From a virus (taxonomy: Duplodnaviria; Heunggongvirae; Uroviricota; Caudoviricetes): a DNA stretch of 64,000 nucleotides. The DNA lies in the IMG/VR virus record IMGVR_UViG_3300029305_005988, positions 59,096 through 123,095 of that record, one strand, 5' to 3'. Both the position numbers and the translations under genes were made by a program. Below the pieces are notes generated by a model that was not told where the DNA came from, made no database searches, and saw only the letters and a program-made list of their open reading frames with translations. This document shows, one piece after another, positions 1-8,485 of the stretch. Numbering within the stretch: the first letter of the stretch is position 1; each line of letters begins with the position of its first letter.

Positions 1-72
1 TTATTTAATTCAATGGAAGAGCGTGATGCAGAATTTCGTAGAATATGGGATATTTTAAGCAAAGGCGCATAA
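1..72 (+). CDS. 3' end of upstream gene (partial, ...LSKGA*)
   Basis: open frame from window edge to TAA at 70-72, followed by terminator hairpins. Confidence 0.3.
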   Translation, partial: LFNSMEERDAEFRRIWDILSKGA

Positions 73-125
73 TGTGCGCCTTCTTTTTTCGGCCGGCCCG
101 CTTACCTACGCCGCGGGCCGTTTTA
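63..125 (+). terminator. tandem rho-independent terminators (two GC hairpins + T-runs)
   Basis: ggcgcataatgtgcgcc+ttctttttt then ggcccgc..gcgggccgtttta. Confidence 0.6.
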
Positions 126-181
126 TGCAATTTGCACAAATTAGCATCTTTTTTTCTTCAAAACTTTGTTACTTTTGCCTA

Positions 182-210
182 TTGACATTATCCCGCTTTT
201 ATGGTATAAT
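182..210 (+). promoter_or_regulatory. sigma70-like promoter TTGACA-17-TGGTATAAT (early class)
   Basis: ttgaca 182-187, tggtataat 202-210, RBS aaaggaaagggg before ATG 245. Confidence 0.6.
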
Positions 211-244
211 TAAGGTACAGTAAAGGAAAGGGGTACTACATACT

Positions 245-553
245 ATGATTAACATTCGTTCAATACTCAAACTCAAAAACAACGACGGCTTGACTCTCAA
301 GAAGGGCGCGCCCATCACCTACAAAAGCGGTTATCAGGTAGCGACCGAGGGTATAGAGTGCAAAACCGCAAGAGAGGCAATTAACGCGGTAAAGGCATAC
401 GGCGGTAACTGTGGAGTGTGGCTATCCGATGGCGTGTTTTATATCGATAAATCACATAGGGTCAACACAAAAAAGGAAGCGCTTGAAGTCGGTCGGGCGC
501 ATAATCAAATCTCCATTCTCCGTTGGCGCGATATGGGACTTGTCTATTGTTGA
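245..553 (+). CDS. hypothetical protein (102 aa)
   Basis: ORF with upstream consensus promoter and RBS. Confidence 0.55.
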   Translation: MINIRSILKLKNNDGLTLKKGAPITYKSGYQVATEGIECKTAREAINAVKAYGGNCGVWLSDGVFYIDKSHRVNTKKEALEVGRAHNQISILRWRDMGLVYC

Positions 554-618
554 CAAGTCCCGAGCCAAAACTTTGTGCAAAATGCCATATTGACAAAAGC
601 AAGGATATATGGTATAAT
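549..618 (+). promoter_or_regulatory. promoter with TTTGTGCAA box, TTGACA 590-595, TGGTATAAT 610-618 (second TTGACA at 549)
   Basis: motifs seen directly; drives 655-867. Confidence 0.55.
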
Positions 619-654
619 ATATATGTAAGATAAAGAAAGGAAAGGTACACACCT

Positions 655-867
655 ATGATTAAAATGGACATTCTCGATTTCGGTATTTATGAGGACGGCA
701 CGCATATCGCAGACTTTGACGATAAGGAAAGAGCCGTCAAATATGCAAGAGCCAACGCAACCACAAGAAAAAAGAATACCGTGGTCATTTGCAATTTCAC
801 GGGCGAGGTTATTGCTGAATATACCATCGTCACAAATACAGTAGTGAAAGAGTGGGTGGCGGACTAA
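655..867 (+). CDS. hypothetical protein (70 aa)
   Basis: ORF after promoter/RBS aaagaaaggaaagg. Confidence 0.5.
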   Translation: MIKMDILDFGIYEDGTHIADFDDKERAVKYARANATTRKKNTVVICNFTGEVIAEYTIVTNTVVKEWVAD

Positions 868-893
868 AATCCGCCCCTACAAGGGGGTACATA

Positions 894-1244
894 ATGAAAC
901 CATTAAATATTCGCAGAGGTCAAATTTACTACGCAGACTTATCACCTGTCATTGGAAGCGAACAAGGCGGTATGCGCCCAGTGCTTATCATTCAAAATGA
1001 TATAGGCAATAGTCATGCGCCCACGGTTATCGCGGCGGCTATCACCTCGCGCCTTTCAAAAGCAAGCCTTCCCACACATATCGAAATTCGCAAGTGCGGT
1101 TTGACGAAAGATAGCATTGTTCTTTTGGAACAGATTAGAACACTCGACAAGCGCAGACTTAAAGCGTATATGGGAGAACTTGACGAAAACACTATGGCAC
1201 AAATTGATAAGGCAATTATGATTAGCTTGGGGGTAGAGGTATGA
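894..1244 (+). CDS. mazF: MazF/PemK-family endoribonuclease toxin
   Basis: RGQIYYADL...[32 protein letters not shown] matches MazF/PemK core; ATG 894 with RBS. Confidence 0.8.
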   Translation: MKPLNIRRGQIYYADLSPVIGSEQGGMRPVLIIQNDIGNSHAPTVIAAAITSRLSKASLPTHIEIRKCGLTKDSIVLLEQIRTLDKRRLKAYMGELDENTMAQIDKAIMISLGVEV

Positions 1245-1615
1245 AAATTTATATGGCAAGCGCAATGTTCACCGAAGAACAAAAGGAAAGAATAGATAAA
1301 CACGCAAGGCTCTTGAGGGCTATGGGGCATACAGTATATGTCCCCCACGAGTTCAAAGTTCCCGATGCAAAAGACCTAACCAATGAAGAATGGGCAAATG
1401 AGGTTTTCCTCGAAGATATTCATCAACTCGACGAGTGTGATGCTATCTATTATTTTTGCGAGGGGATGGAGGGTGACCTTGGCTCTGCTTGGGAATGTGG
1501 CTATGCCTATGCAAAAGGAAAACAGATATTCGTCGATGAATTATCATACAGCACTGAAATCTCTTTAATGGTGGCACAATGCTCCAGTAATGAAATTTCA
1601 AGTTATCAAAGTTAA
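1241..1615 (+). CDS. nucleoside 2-deoxyribosyltransferase / dNMP N-hydrolase (DNPH1/Rcl)-like
   Basis: [10 protein letters not shown]...[17 protein letters not shown] resembles NDT/Rcl fold signature. Confidence 0.55.
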   Translation: MKIYMASAMFTEEQKERIDKHARLLRAMGHTVYVPHEFKVPDAKDLTNEEWANEVFLEDIHQLDECDAIYYFCEGMEGDLGSAWECGYAYAKGKQIFVDELSYSTEISLMVAQCSSNEISSYQS

Positions 1616-1616
1616 G

Positions 1617-1680
1617 AGGGCGCCCGCCCTCTTTTCTTTTTTCCGACGGCTCGAAAACTAGGGTTCCGAGCCGTTTTATT
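1617..1680 (+). terminator. tandem terminators
   Basis: agggcgcccgccct+cttttc and cggctcg..cgagccgtttta. Confidence 0.55.
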
Positions 1681-1735
1681 CGTGGGCTAGCATTTTGCAC
1701 AAAAATCGGCGCAAAACTTTGGTGATTATTACCTA

Positions 1736-1764
1736 TTGACAAATCCCGATAAATGTGGTATAAT
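1736..1764 (+). promoter_or_regulatory. early promoter TTGACA/TGGTATAAT
   Basis: ttgaca 1736, tggtataat 1756. Confidence 0.5.
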
Positions 1765-1896
1765 AAGTATGTCAAGAGGAAGAGAGCACCCAAGCAACAG
1801 AACCACAGACCCCGACAGACACCAAGTCGACAAAGGTAAATGGATAGGGGCGAGAGGAACGGCACAGACCCTCTCACGAAAAAAAATGCATATTTT

Positions 1897-1935
1897 TTCA
1901 AAACCTCTTGACAAATACATAAAAGTATGGTATAA
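1897..1935 (+). promoter_or_regulatory. early promoter with UP-like ttttcaaaaacctc, TTGACA, TGGTATAAT
   Basis: cctcttgacaaatacataaaagtatggtataat. Confidence 0.6.
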
Positions 1936-1967
1936 TATATATACCAAAGGAAAGAGAGGAAATACTT

Positions 1968-2231
1968 ATGATTAAGAAATCTACTATCGAGGGCAAGAGC
2001 GCAAGTGCCTACTGTTTGATTGAGGATATTCTCTATCAAAACAAGGACTGCTATCTTACAAAAGAAGAAATCTATATGCGTATGCCTTGCGACGAAGATG
2101 GAGTTCCGCTTGTGACTATCGGCAGTTTGGAAAGTGCTTTGCGATGCTTGTGCCACACAAGAGAAATCGAGTGCGAGTATATCCGAGGCAGACGGCACTT
2201 TGCATATCGAGAAGCAAGAGAGCGAAGATAA
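1968..2231 (+). CDS. hypothetical protein (87 aa)
   Basis: ORF with promoter+RBS. Confidence 0.5.
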   Translation: MIKKSTIEGKSASAYCLIEDILYQNKDCYLTKEEIYMRMPCDEDGVPLVTIGSLESALRCLCHTREIECEYIRGRRHFAYREARERR

Positions 2232-2301
2232 TCGCTCTCATACATAAAAATAAAGGCGCGCACTAGAAAAAATTGGAAATGCGCGCAAAAGGAGAAGAAA
2301 T

Positions 2302-2625
2302 ATGGCAAAAATTATTCATCTTGAATACGACCTCATCGAGTTTGATGATGGCACTACAATCACCGCAGATCATTGTCAAGACTGTTGCGAGTGGAACTAT
2401 GCAGACTGTCAACAGCTTGATGATTTGGCAAGAGCCTACGATTTTGATACCAAACACTTGTTTTTTGAAGCGGTTGAAGAACAAGGATTTCGCTTTGGTG
2501 ACAATCCGTGGAGAATGTTTTTTGTTCCTTGTTATTCTTCACAGAATGGCTATTATTCAAGCGATATCGACATTTATCTCAACGGAGAAAAGAAACTCAA
2601 CTTTCTTTGCAAAGAAGATTTCTAA
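2302..2625 (+). CDS. hypothetical protein (107 aa, Cys-rich)
   Basis: ORF with RBS aaaaggagaagaaatatg. Confidence 0.5.
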   Translation: MAKIIHLEYDLIEFDDGTTITADHCQDCCEWNYADCQQLDDLARAYDFDTKHLFFEAVEEQGFRFGDNPWRMFFVPCYSSQNGYYSSDIDIYLNGEKKLNFLCKEDF

Positions 2626-2626
2626 A

Positions 2627-2662
2627 AGAGGGCGCAGAGTAATCTGCGCCTTTTGACTTTTA
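2627..2662 (+). terminator. rho-independent terminator
   Basis: gggcgcagagtaatctgcgcc+ttttgactttt. Confidence 0.6.
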
Positions 2663-2728
2663 TAAAATTTTATATTATAATATAAATGTAAAAAGAAAAT
2701 AAATAGAGATACAAGGAGGTCACGCGGT

Positions 2729-3031
2729 ATGAAGTATCACTTCATCCACGCTCTTGTCGTAACTCAATTTGAATCATCACTAACCCCTCTTGATTGGGAA
2801 ACCCTCTCGGCGCAAGACTATCCCCTTCACGCGCTTTATTGTGAAGAGTTGGGCGCCCTTCTTTTTCATTCTGACAATCAAAAAAATGATTGTTCGAATA
2901 TGATTTCATTCTTAAAGGAAATATTTAAAATTTTAAACATTCCTGCTGAATGGGAAAATAAAATTATAATTATGAGTGATGATGAAAATGAGTACAGCGC
3001 GCAAGACGTGTTGAAACACTTCAGCCATTAA
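2729..3031 (+). CDS. hypothetical protein (100 aa)
   Basis: ORF with RBS acaaggaggt. Confidence 0.5.
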   Translation: MKYHFIHALVVTQFESSLTPLDWETLSAQDYPLHALYCEELGALLFHSDNQKNDCSNMISFLKEIFKILNIPAEWENKIIIMSDDENEYSAQDVLKHFSH

Positions 3032-3159
3032 GCTGACGGACGAAAGCGGTCGCGCCTAGTCCGATTTTCCGCGACTTAGACCTCTTACACATTTGCCGCG
3101 AACTTTGTCGAATGTTCGAGGCTTTTTCTTTTTCCTGCAATTACCTATGCGCAATTTAA

Positions 3160-3205
3160 AGTGCCGGCCGGCGCCTTTGCGTTCGCGCGGCGCCGTTTTG
3201 TGCAT
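3160..3205 (+). terminator. terminator hairpin ggcgcc..ggcgcc + gtttt
   Basis: seen in sequence. Confidence 0.45.
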
Positions 3206-3254
3206 TTTGTATACTTCTCGCCATTTTTCGCGCGAAAGTTTGTGCAACATTACT

Positions 3255-3290
3255 ACTTGACATTTTCCCGATTGTATGGTATAATAATAA
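3255..3290 (+). promoter_or_regulatory. early promoter (TTTGTGCAAC box, TTGACA, TGGTATAAT)
   Basis: cttgacattttcccgattgtatggtataat. Confidence 0.5.
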
Positions 3291-3447
3291 TGTCAAGAGG
3301 GGAACCTCGTGCGGAGAAAACAGTGGCAAACATAGACTTGGAAAGCAGTAACCTTTGTGCGCACAAGGATAAACACAGAAACAAACGGTCTACACTACTA
3401 GGCGAGTATCGGAGATAAGAAAAATAGTTGCAAATATTTTTCGAAAA

Positions 3448-3482
3448 CCTCTTGACAAAACTACATACTTGTGGTATAATAT
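3448..3482 (+). promoter_or_regulatory. early promoter
   Basis: cctcttgacaaaactacatacttgtggtataat. Confidence 0.55.
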
Positions 3483-3595
3483 AAGTGTGAAAGAGAGGTA
3501 AACACTTATGATTATTGAAAATATCATTATGGCTACTTTATATATCATTTTAGGAATGGGAATTGAAGAAGTTATAAGGGAGATAATGGGAAAAA

Positions 3596-3778
3596 ATGAT
3601 TAAATGTCCAAATTGCGGTAGCACCGCACAACCCGAGCCTTTTGAGGTACAATATCATGAAGATGGTTGGACTATATATGTAGAGCGTTGGTATCGTTGT
3701 GGCTGTGGACACGGCTTTGTTACCTCTACAACCTACGAAAGTGATGGAGATGAGGAAATTATAGATGCGTGCATTTAG
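3596..3778 (+). CDS. zinc-ribbon protein (60 aa; CPNCG...CGCG); terminates at TAG (would extend 5 codons to TGA if TAG is sense)
   Basis: ORF, Cys pairs; stop is TAG, which is otherwise unused as stop in this window. Confidence 0.45.
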   Translation: MIKCPNCGSTAQPEPFEVQYHEDGWTIYVERWYRCGCGHGFVTSTTYESDGDEEIIDACI

Positions 3779-4019
3779 AACCTTTTTCAACCTTGACCGC
3801 CCTTATGAGTTCGATATCACAGACCTCACCGCCTTAATTTATACAATATGCGCCATAGGCGGTATGATGGGCGCAAACATGACAATACTATGGTGCATTG
3901 GCGCAACAATCGCAACCGCTTTCTGTTGGGAAGCGCGCAAAATCAACCTTGTAGTTCTCAATCTCGCCCTTTGGGTGATGAATATGTGGAACTTATTTCA
4001 AATGATAATCGGAGGTTAA
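3765..4019 (+). CDS. small membrane protein (84 aa)
   Basis: hydrophobic ORF overlapping previous stop. Confidence 0.45.
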   Translation: MRAFRTFFNLDRPYEFDITDLTALIYTICAIGGMMGANMTILWCIGATIATAFCWEARKINLVVLNLALWVMNMWNLFQMIIGG

Positions 4020-4177
4020 TATGTGGAAAATTAGAGTACACACAATAGATTGTCAAAGGGGATTTTATCTTACTCCAACTTTTAAAACAGAAGAAGAAGC
4101 AGTTGCCTATGCAGTAAAAACAGATGTTGCTTGGCGATTTAACGCCTACTGCACCTATGAGCAGAAAGGAGAATAAT
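4020..4177 (+). CDS. hypothetical small protein (52 aa)
   Basis: ATG directly after previous stop, RBS aggaggttaat. Confidence 0.35.
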
Positions 4178-4339
4178 ATGAAAGTCAAAACCTACATTTA
4201 TGAAGCCAATGGCTTTATTAAAGGTCGCATGGTAGCCAAAAACAAACGCGAGGTAAAAAAGCAAATTCTTAAAACCGTTGCACTGTTTTGTCCTACAAGA
4301 GGACTTGAATATATGAAGATTAAGAGGATAAAAGAATGA
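4178..4339 (+). CDS. hypothetical small protein (53 aa)
   Basis: ATG after RBS aaaggagaataat. Confidence 0.4.
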   Translation: MKVKTYIYEANGFIKGRMVAKNKREVKKQILKTVALFCPTRGLEYMKIKRIKE

Positions 4340-4554
4340 AAGCAAAATTCATACTTGAAAAAGACGAAAGTCACAAGATAAGACAAATGCTTGACGATAT
4401 TCCAATCGACCTTTGCAGATATGTAACTTGTCCCGACGAACTTGACGGTAACTGCGATGCCTGCCCCTTGCTTGCCATTTCAGACAGTTGGAGCAGAGGA
4501 TTGGAACTCCTTTGCGACCAGACAAGCGAAGCATTAAAAAAGATTGAGGGGTAA
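4336..4554 (+). CDS. hypothetical protein (72 aa)
   Basis: ORF, ATGA overlap. Confidence 0.45.
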   Translation: MKAKFILEKDESHKIRQMLDDIPIDLCRYVTCPDELDGNCDACPLLAISDSWSRGLELLCDQTSEALKKIEG

Positions 4555-4558
4555 AGAT

Positions 4559-4759
4559 ATGGAATATGTATATCTTATTTCCGACGAGGTTCACGGACTT
4601 TATTGTATTTGTGCAAACAAAGATAAGGCAACCGAAATTGTAGACGATATTAGTCATGGTTGTTATGGATTGCCAAAAGAAACCAAACCCGACTATGATA
4701 ATGAAAATTGTTATGGTTATGATGGTGCGGCTTCTTGGAAAAGAGTAGAGGTGGTTTAA
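4559..4759 (+). CDS. hypothetical protein (~66 aa)
   Basis: ORF after RBS gaggggtaaag. Confidence 0.4.
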   Translation: MEYVYLISDEVHGLYCICANKDKATEIVDDISHGCYGLPKETKPDYDNENCYGYDGAASWKRVEVV

Positions 4760-4800
4760 ACCACCTCTTTTCTTTGGTCGGCACGGCGGCGCCCGTCGCC
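4751..4800 (+). terminator. tandem terminators
   Basis: ggtggtttaaaccacc+tctttt and cggcacggcg..cgccctgccg+ttttt. Confidence 0.5.
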
Positions 4801-4885
4801 CTGCCGTTTTTGTGCAAATTGCACAATTCCACACCTTTTTTCGCCAAATGTTTGTGCAACTTGACGAAAAGAAATTTCCCAAAAC

Positions 4886-4946
4886 CGCTTGACATTCACC
4901 GCCTTTTGTGGTATAATATTATCGTAGTCAAGGGGCGAAAGGTTAA
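4886..4946 (+). promoter_or_regulatory. promoter + conserved leader (copy 1 of duplicated tggtataatattatcgtagtcaaggggcga)
   Basis: near-identical to 7222-7280. Confidence 0.5.
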
Positions 4947-4994
4947 CGGCAGAGAAAAACCGACCACCGCAACTCGAAAAAATTTTTCAAAAAC

Positions 4995-5035
4995 TTTTGA
5001 AAAACCCCTTGACAAATCATTCAAAGTATGATATA
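4995..5035 (+). promoter_or_regulatory. early promoter (cccttgacaaatc...tgatataat)
   Basis: seen. Confidence 0.5.
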
Positions 5036-5071
5036 ATATAAGAGCAGTAAGGAACAAGAGAGGAAAACCAA

Positions 5072-5509
5072 ATGACGATTTATTTTGATATGGACGGCAC
5101 TATTGCAGACCTCTATGGGGTACAAGGTTGGCTTGCTGACCTTGAAGCGCACAATCCTCGTCCGTATGAAGAAGCGCAAGTCATGCACAATATGTCCGCG
5201 CTTGCAAGAGCATTGAATACGGCACAGAGCAAGGGCGCACGCATAGGCATTATATCGTGGCTATCCAAGACCGCAACCGAGGACTATAACAAAGCGGTTG
5301 AAAAAGCCAAGCGCAAGTGGCTCAAAAAGCACCTTAAGTCCGTTCAGTTTGATGAAATCCATATCGTGCCGTATGGCACTCCAAAATCGTCCGTTGCCAA
5401 GAGCGTGGGCATACTGTTCGATGATGAGGAGCGCAACCGCGCCGAATGGAGTAAAGGACGCGCATATCCGCCCGAAAAAATCTTTGAAATTCTCAAAGAA
5501 ATTTCGTAA
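5072..5509 (+). CDS. HAD-superfamily 5'(3')-deoxyribonucleotidase (NT5C)-like
   Basis: N-terminal DMDGTIADL (DxDGT motif I) and ILFDDE motif. Confidence 0.55.
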   Translation: MTIYFDMDGTIADLYGVQGWLADLEAHNPRPYEEAQVMHNMSALARALNTAQSKGARIGIISWLSKTATEDYNKAVEKAKRKWLKKHLKSVQFDEIHIVPYGTPKSSVAKSVGILFDDEERNRAEWSKGRAYPPEKIFEILKEIS

Positions 5510-5608
5510 AACCTCTTGACAAATCCGTCAAGATGTGATATAATAATAATGTCGAGAGGGAGAGGAAGCAATCCCCTATGACAGAAAGAGAGGAAAAAGA
5601 AAAATCCA

Positions 5609-6346
5609 ATGAACATTCTTGTGTTTGACACCGAAACCGCTGGGTGCTGTACCCAAACTTTGTTAAATATCGGTTATTGCGTTGCCGATATTGACTTGAC
5701 CACATTCAAGTATCGCATACTCAAAGGTCGTGACTATCTTGTAGGCAAACACTACAAAAATCGTCTGTGGCTCTTGAACGATATGTTCGTCAAGGCAGAA
5801 AAACTTGCCAAGTTCGACTATAATGTTGAAAATGGCTCGGCAATTCTCCGCACCGAGAAGCAGATTTTCGAGCAAATGGCGCGCGATATTGACCGCTATG
5901 GTATTCAGTACGGCTTTGCGTATAACTGTCAATTTGACGAGGACAAATTCCGCAGAACCGCGACCGCGCTCAATCTCCTTAATCCGCTTGACAAAATCGA
6001 GGTTGTGGATATTTGGACGAACGCGCAACTTGCAATTTGCGCTACCGAGGACTATATCGCATTTTGCAACGAACACAATCTCCGTACCCCAAGTGGTAAG
6101 TATATCCCAACCTCTGTTGAGGGTGTAACCGCTTTCCTTAACAATGATAAAGAATTTGTTGAGGAACACACCGCGCTCTCCGATGTTCAATGGGAATTGC
6201 GTATCCTTTGCGAATTGGGTAAGAGAGGTTGTAATATCTTCCAAGTACCCACGCATAATGGCTGTCTCACTCCCGAAGGTGAATGGGTATTCCCATTCCA
6301 CAAGCGCAAGACCGAATTTGACGATGTAACCACGGGGAGAGAATAA
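5609..6346 (+). CDS. DEDDh (DnaQ-like) 3'-5' exonuclease
   Basis: Exo I VFDTETAG, Exo II YNCQFDEDKF, Exo III HTALSDV. Confidence 0.7.
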   Translation: MNILVFDTETAGCCTQTLLNIGYCVADIDLTTFKYRILKGRDYLVGKHYKNRLWLLNDMFVKAEKLAKFDYNVENGSAILRTEKQIFEQMARDIDRYGIQYGFAYNCQFDEDKFRRTATALNLLNPLDKIEVVDIWTNAQLAICATEDYIAFCNEHNLRTPSGKYIPTSVEGVTAFLNNDKEFVEEHTALSDVQWELRILCELGKRGCNIFQVPTHNGCLTPEGEWVFPFHKRKTEFDDVTTGRE

Positions 6347-6377
6347 TCTCTCCCCACAAAAAAAATAAAAAAATTTT

Positions 6378-6415
6378 CAAAAACCTATTGACAAATACCA
6401 AAAAGTATGGTATAA
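6378..6415 (+). promoter_or_regulatory. early promoter
   Basis: ttttcaaaaacctattgacaaataccaaaaagtatggtataat. Confidence 0.55.
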
Positions 6416-6491
6416 TATAAATGTAAACAAGAGGGAAACCTCAAAATAAAAATAATATGGGTTGCGACCTACCGCAAGAGAGGAAAAAATT

Positions 6492-6902
6492 ATGGCAGAA
6501 ATCAAGGAAATCAAGTACACGCAGAAGCAGATGTTCGAAGCAATCCTCGCAGAGACTGACCGCACCGACGAAATTGGCGGTATTCCGTCCGCAGTTTTCA
6601 AGGCGTTCGCAGAGAAGAAAATTGCGCAGTTGGAGAGTAAGTCGGGCAAGACGAGCGCAAAGCGCACCGAGGAACAGGACGCTTTCATGGAAATTATCCG
6701 CGATGTTCTCGCAGAGTATCCCGATGTCAAGGGTATGCAGTGCGGCGCGGTCGCCAAGGACGAGCGTATTGCTTCGTTCAAGTGGGCAGACGGCAAGGAA
6801 ACCTCGGCGCAGAGAGTGTCGGCTATGCTGAAGAAGTTGGCCGACTGCGGTGATGTGATTAAGACCACGGACAAGAAAGTCACCTACTTTCGCCTTGCAT
6901 GA
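6492..6902 (+). CDS. small-protein paralog family member (MAEIK...; family with 7475-7903 and 16508-16897)
   Basis: shared N-terminal MAE(I/K)K, central DILAEV..G.LTVG, C-terminal K.V.Y(F/Y).LA. Confidence 0.55.
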   Translation: MAEIKEIKYTQKQMFEAILAETDRTDEIGGIPSAVFKAFAEKKIAQLESKSGKTSAKRTEEQDAFMEIIRDVLAEYPDVKGMQCGAVAKDERIASFKWADGKETSAQRVSAMLKKLADCGDVIKTTDKKVTYFRLA

Positions 6903-6929
6903 GTGAGGGGCGCAAGCCCCTCTACATAT

Positions 6930-6999
6930 CGACGGGTAGTTTAGTGGTTAAAACAGTCCGTAGGAAGGACAGAGGTGAGTTCGAGGCTCACACCGTCGC
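6930..6999 (+). ncRNA. tRNA-like element (perfect T-arm gtgag/ttcgagg/ctcac, 6/7 acceptor; anticodon unclear, possibly AGG)
   Basis: cloverleaf-like fold seen by eye; no CCA. Confidence 0.3.
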
Positions 7000-7070
7000 A
7001 GAGCATTAAATCCAAAACCCCCTATGCGCAAGGAGCGGTGAGAAAGTGAGAATGCTCAACCCATGGGATA

Positions 7071-7138
7071 GACCTCTGCGACGGCAGAGGTCTTTTTTCT
7101 TTCGTCGGCTCAGTGGCGGTCGCCACTGAGCCGTTTTG
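7071..7138 (+). terminator. tandem terminators
   Basis: gacctctgcgacggcagaggtc+tttttt and cggctcagtggcggtcgccactgagccg+tttt. Confidence 0.65.
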
Positions 7139-7221
7139 TGTGTTTTTATGCAAATTGCACAATTTTTCCGCCAAAATCTGCCTAAATTTTGTGCAAATTA
7201 TTTTCCCATTTTCTATTGACA

Positions 7222-7280
7222 AATTTTCATTTTTGTGGTATAATATTATCGTAGTCAAGGGGCGAGGGTGAGTTAAAACC
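7222..7280 (+). promoter_or_regulatory. promoter + conserved leader (copy 2 of duplicated element)
   Basis: ttgacaaattttcatttttgtggtataatattatcgtagtcaaggggcgaggg. Confidence 0.5.
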
Positions 7281-7374
7281 TCGAAAAAAATCTCCTCATT
7301 CTTCAATGTGAAACAAATGCGATAAAGTAGCATTGAGAATAGTATCGCAAAAAATTTTTGAAAAACTTTTCAAA

Positions 7375-7412
7375 AACCCCTTGACAAAAGCCACGAAATG
7401 TGGTATAATATA
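7375..7412 (+). promoter_or_regulatory. early promoter
   Basis: ccccttgacaaaagccacgaaatgtggtataat. Confidence 0.55.
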
Positions 7413-7474
7413 AGTGTAGTAAGGGAGAGCCACTCCCCACTAACAAAAAATAAAAATAAAGAGAGGTAGAAAAA

Positions 7475-7903
7475 ATGGCAGAAAAGAAGATTACCAAGAG
7501 AGAGAAGAATGAACTCCTTATCGCCGTACTTAACGGCAGAGTTCCCACCGAGGACGAGAAGAATATGCTTATCGAGCATATCACCCACGAGAACGAACTC
7601 CTTGCTCGTAAGGGTAGCAAGTCCGCAACCGCAACCCCTGCACAGAAGGACGCGCTTGCCGTCAGCGAGATTATCAAGGATATTCTTGCCGAGGTCGAGG
7701 GTAAGGGTTTGACCGTAGGCGCAATCCTTAAGGACGAGCGCATCAAGTCCTATGTGCGCCACAATGGAGAGGGTGTGTCCTCGCAGATGGTCACCTCTAT
7801 CTTCTCCAAGAACCCCAAGGATTTCGTGCGTACCGTCGAGAAGAAGGTCGCATACTACGCCCTCGCTTATGGTGAGGTCGTAGACGAGGGTGAGGGGGAT
7901 TAA
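7475..7903 (+). CDS. small-protein paralog family member
   Basis: see 6492-6902. Confidence 0.55.
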   Translation: MAEKKITKREKNELLIAVLNGRVPTEDEKNMLIEHITHENELLARKGSKSATATPAQKDALAVSEIIKDILAEVEGKGLTVGAILKDERIKSYVRHNGEGVSSQMVTSIFSKNPKDFVRTVEKKVAYYALAYGEVVDEGEGD

Positions 7904-7944
7904 CCCCCCTCTCCCCACGGAGAAAAATTTTTTCAAAAAGTTTT

Positions 7945-7985
7945 ACCAAACCTCTTGACAAATAGCCAAAGGTATGGTATAATAT
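7945..7985 (+). promoter_or_regulatory. early promoter
   Basis: cctcttgacaaatagccaaaggtatggtataat. Confidence 0.55.
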
Positions 7986-8019
7986 ATATGTCAAGAGGAT
8001 AGAAAGAGAGGTAAACAGT

Positions 8020-8445
8020 ATGGCAAGTATGTATACCCCCTACACCTTAAAAGGTGGCAAGGTGGTCAATGTGCCGAATAAGGCGGTCGCCAATCTGCAA
8101 GCACAGTTGAAACTGTCAAGAGCCGAAGCGGTTGAGTTGTGGCTTTATGACGAGGGATATATCGAGTGTCCCGAAGCAGACGAGTTGACCGCCAAGGCAA
8201 AAGAGAATAAAGTATCTCATGGGGCGCGCGCCGAGAATAAGCAGAAAACGCAGAGAGAGCGCGTGGTGAAAGAGGACAAGGTCAAGGAAGCAATTATCCA
8301 AGCGGTAGCCGATATGCTCCCCAACCTCAATGCCGAGAATGTGATTATTGAGAAAAAGGGAAAACTTATCACCTTTACCGTGGGTGAGGATAAATTCAAG
8401 TTTGACCTTATCCGTCAGCGACCGCCCAAGGAAAGCAAGGGGTGA
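8020..8445 (+). CDS. hypothetical protein (141 aa, charged)
   Basis: ORF with RBS agagaggtaaacagtatg. Confidence 0.5.
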   Translation: MASMYTPYTLKGGKVVNVPNKAVANLQAQLKLSRAEAVELWLYDEGYIECPEADELTAKAKENKVSHGARAENKQKTQRERVVKEDKVKEAIIQAVADMLPNLNAENVIIEKKGKLITFTVGEDKFKFDLIRQRPPKESKG

Positions 8446-8485
8446 AAACCCCTTGCTACATAAAACGAAAGCGAGGAAGAAGAAA

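Noticed and set aside
1443-2198. 251-aa minus-strand ORF spanning promoters and terminators
   Set aside because: It crosses consensus plus-strand promoters, hairpins and RBSs, has no homology features, and is antisense to well-formed small genes.
5663-6301. 212-aa minus-strand ORF antisense to the DnaQ-like exonuclease
   Set aside because: Shadow ORF. The plus-strand gene has clear Exo I-III motifs.
7370-7936. 188-aa minus-strand ORF antisense to paralog gene 7475-7903
   Set aside because: Antisense to a gene with promoter, RBS and terminator. Low-complexity translation.
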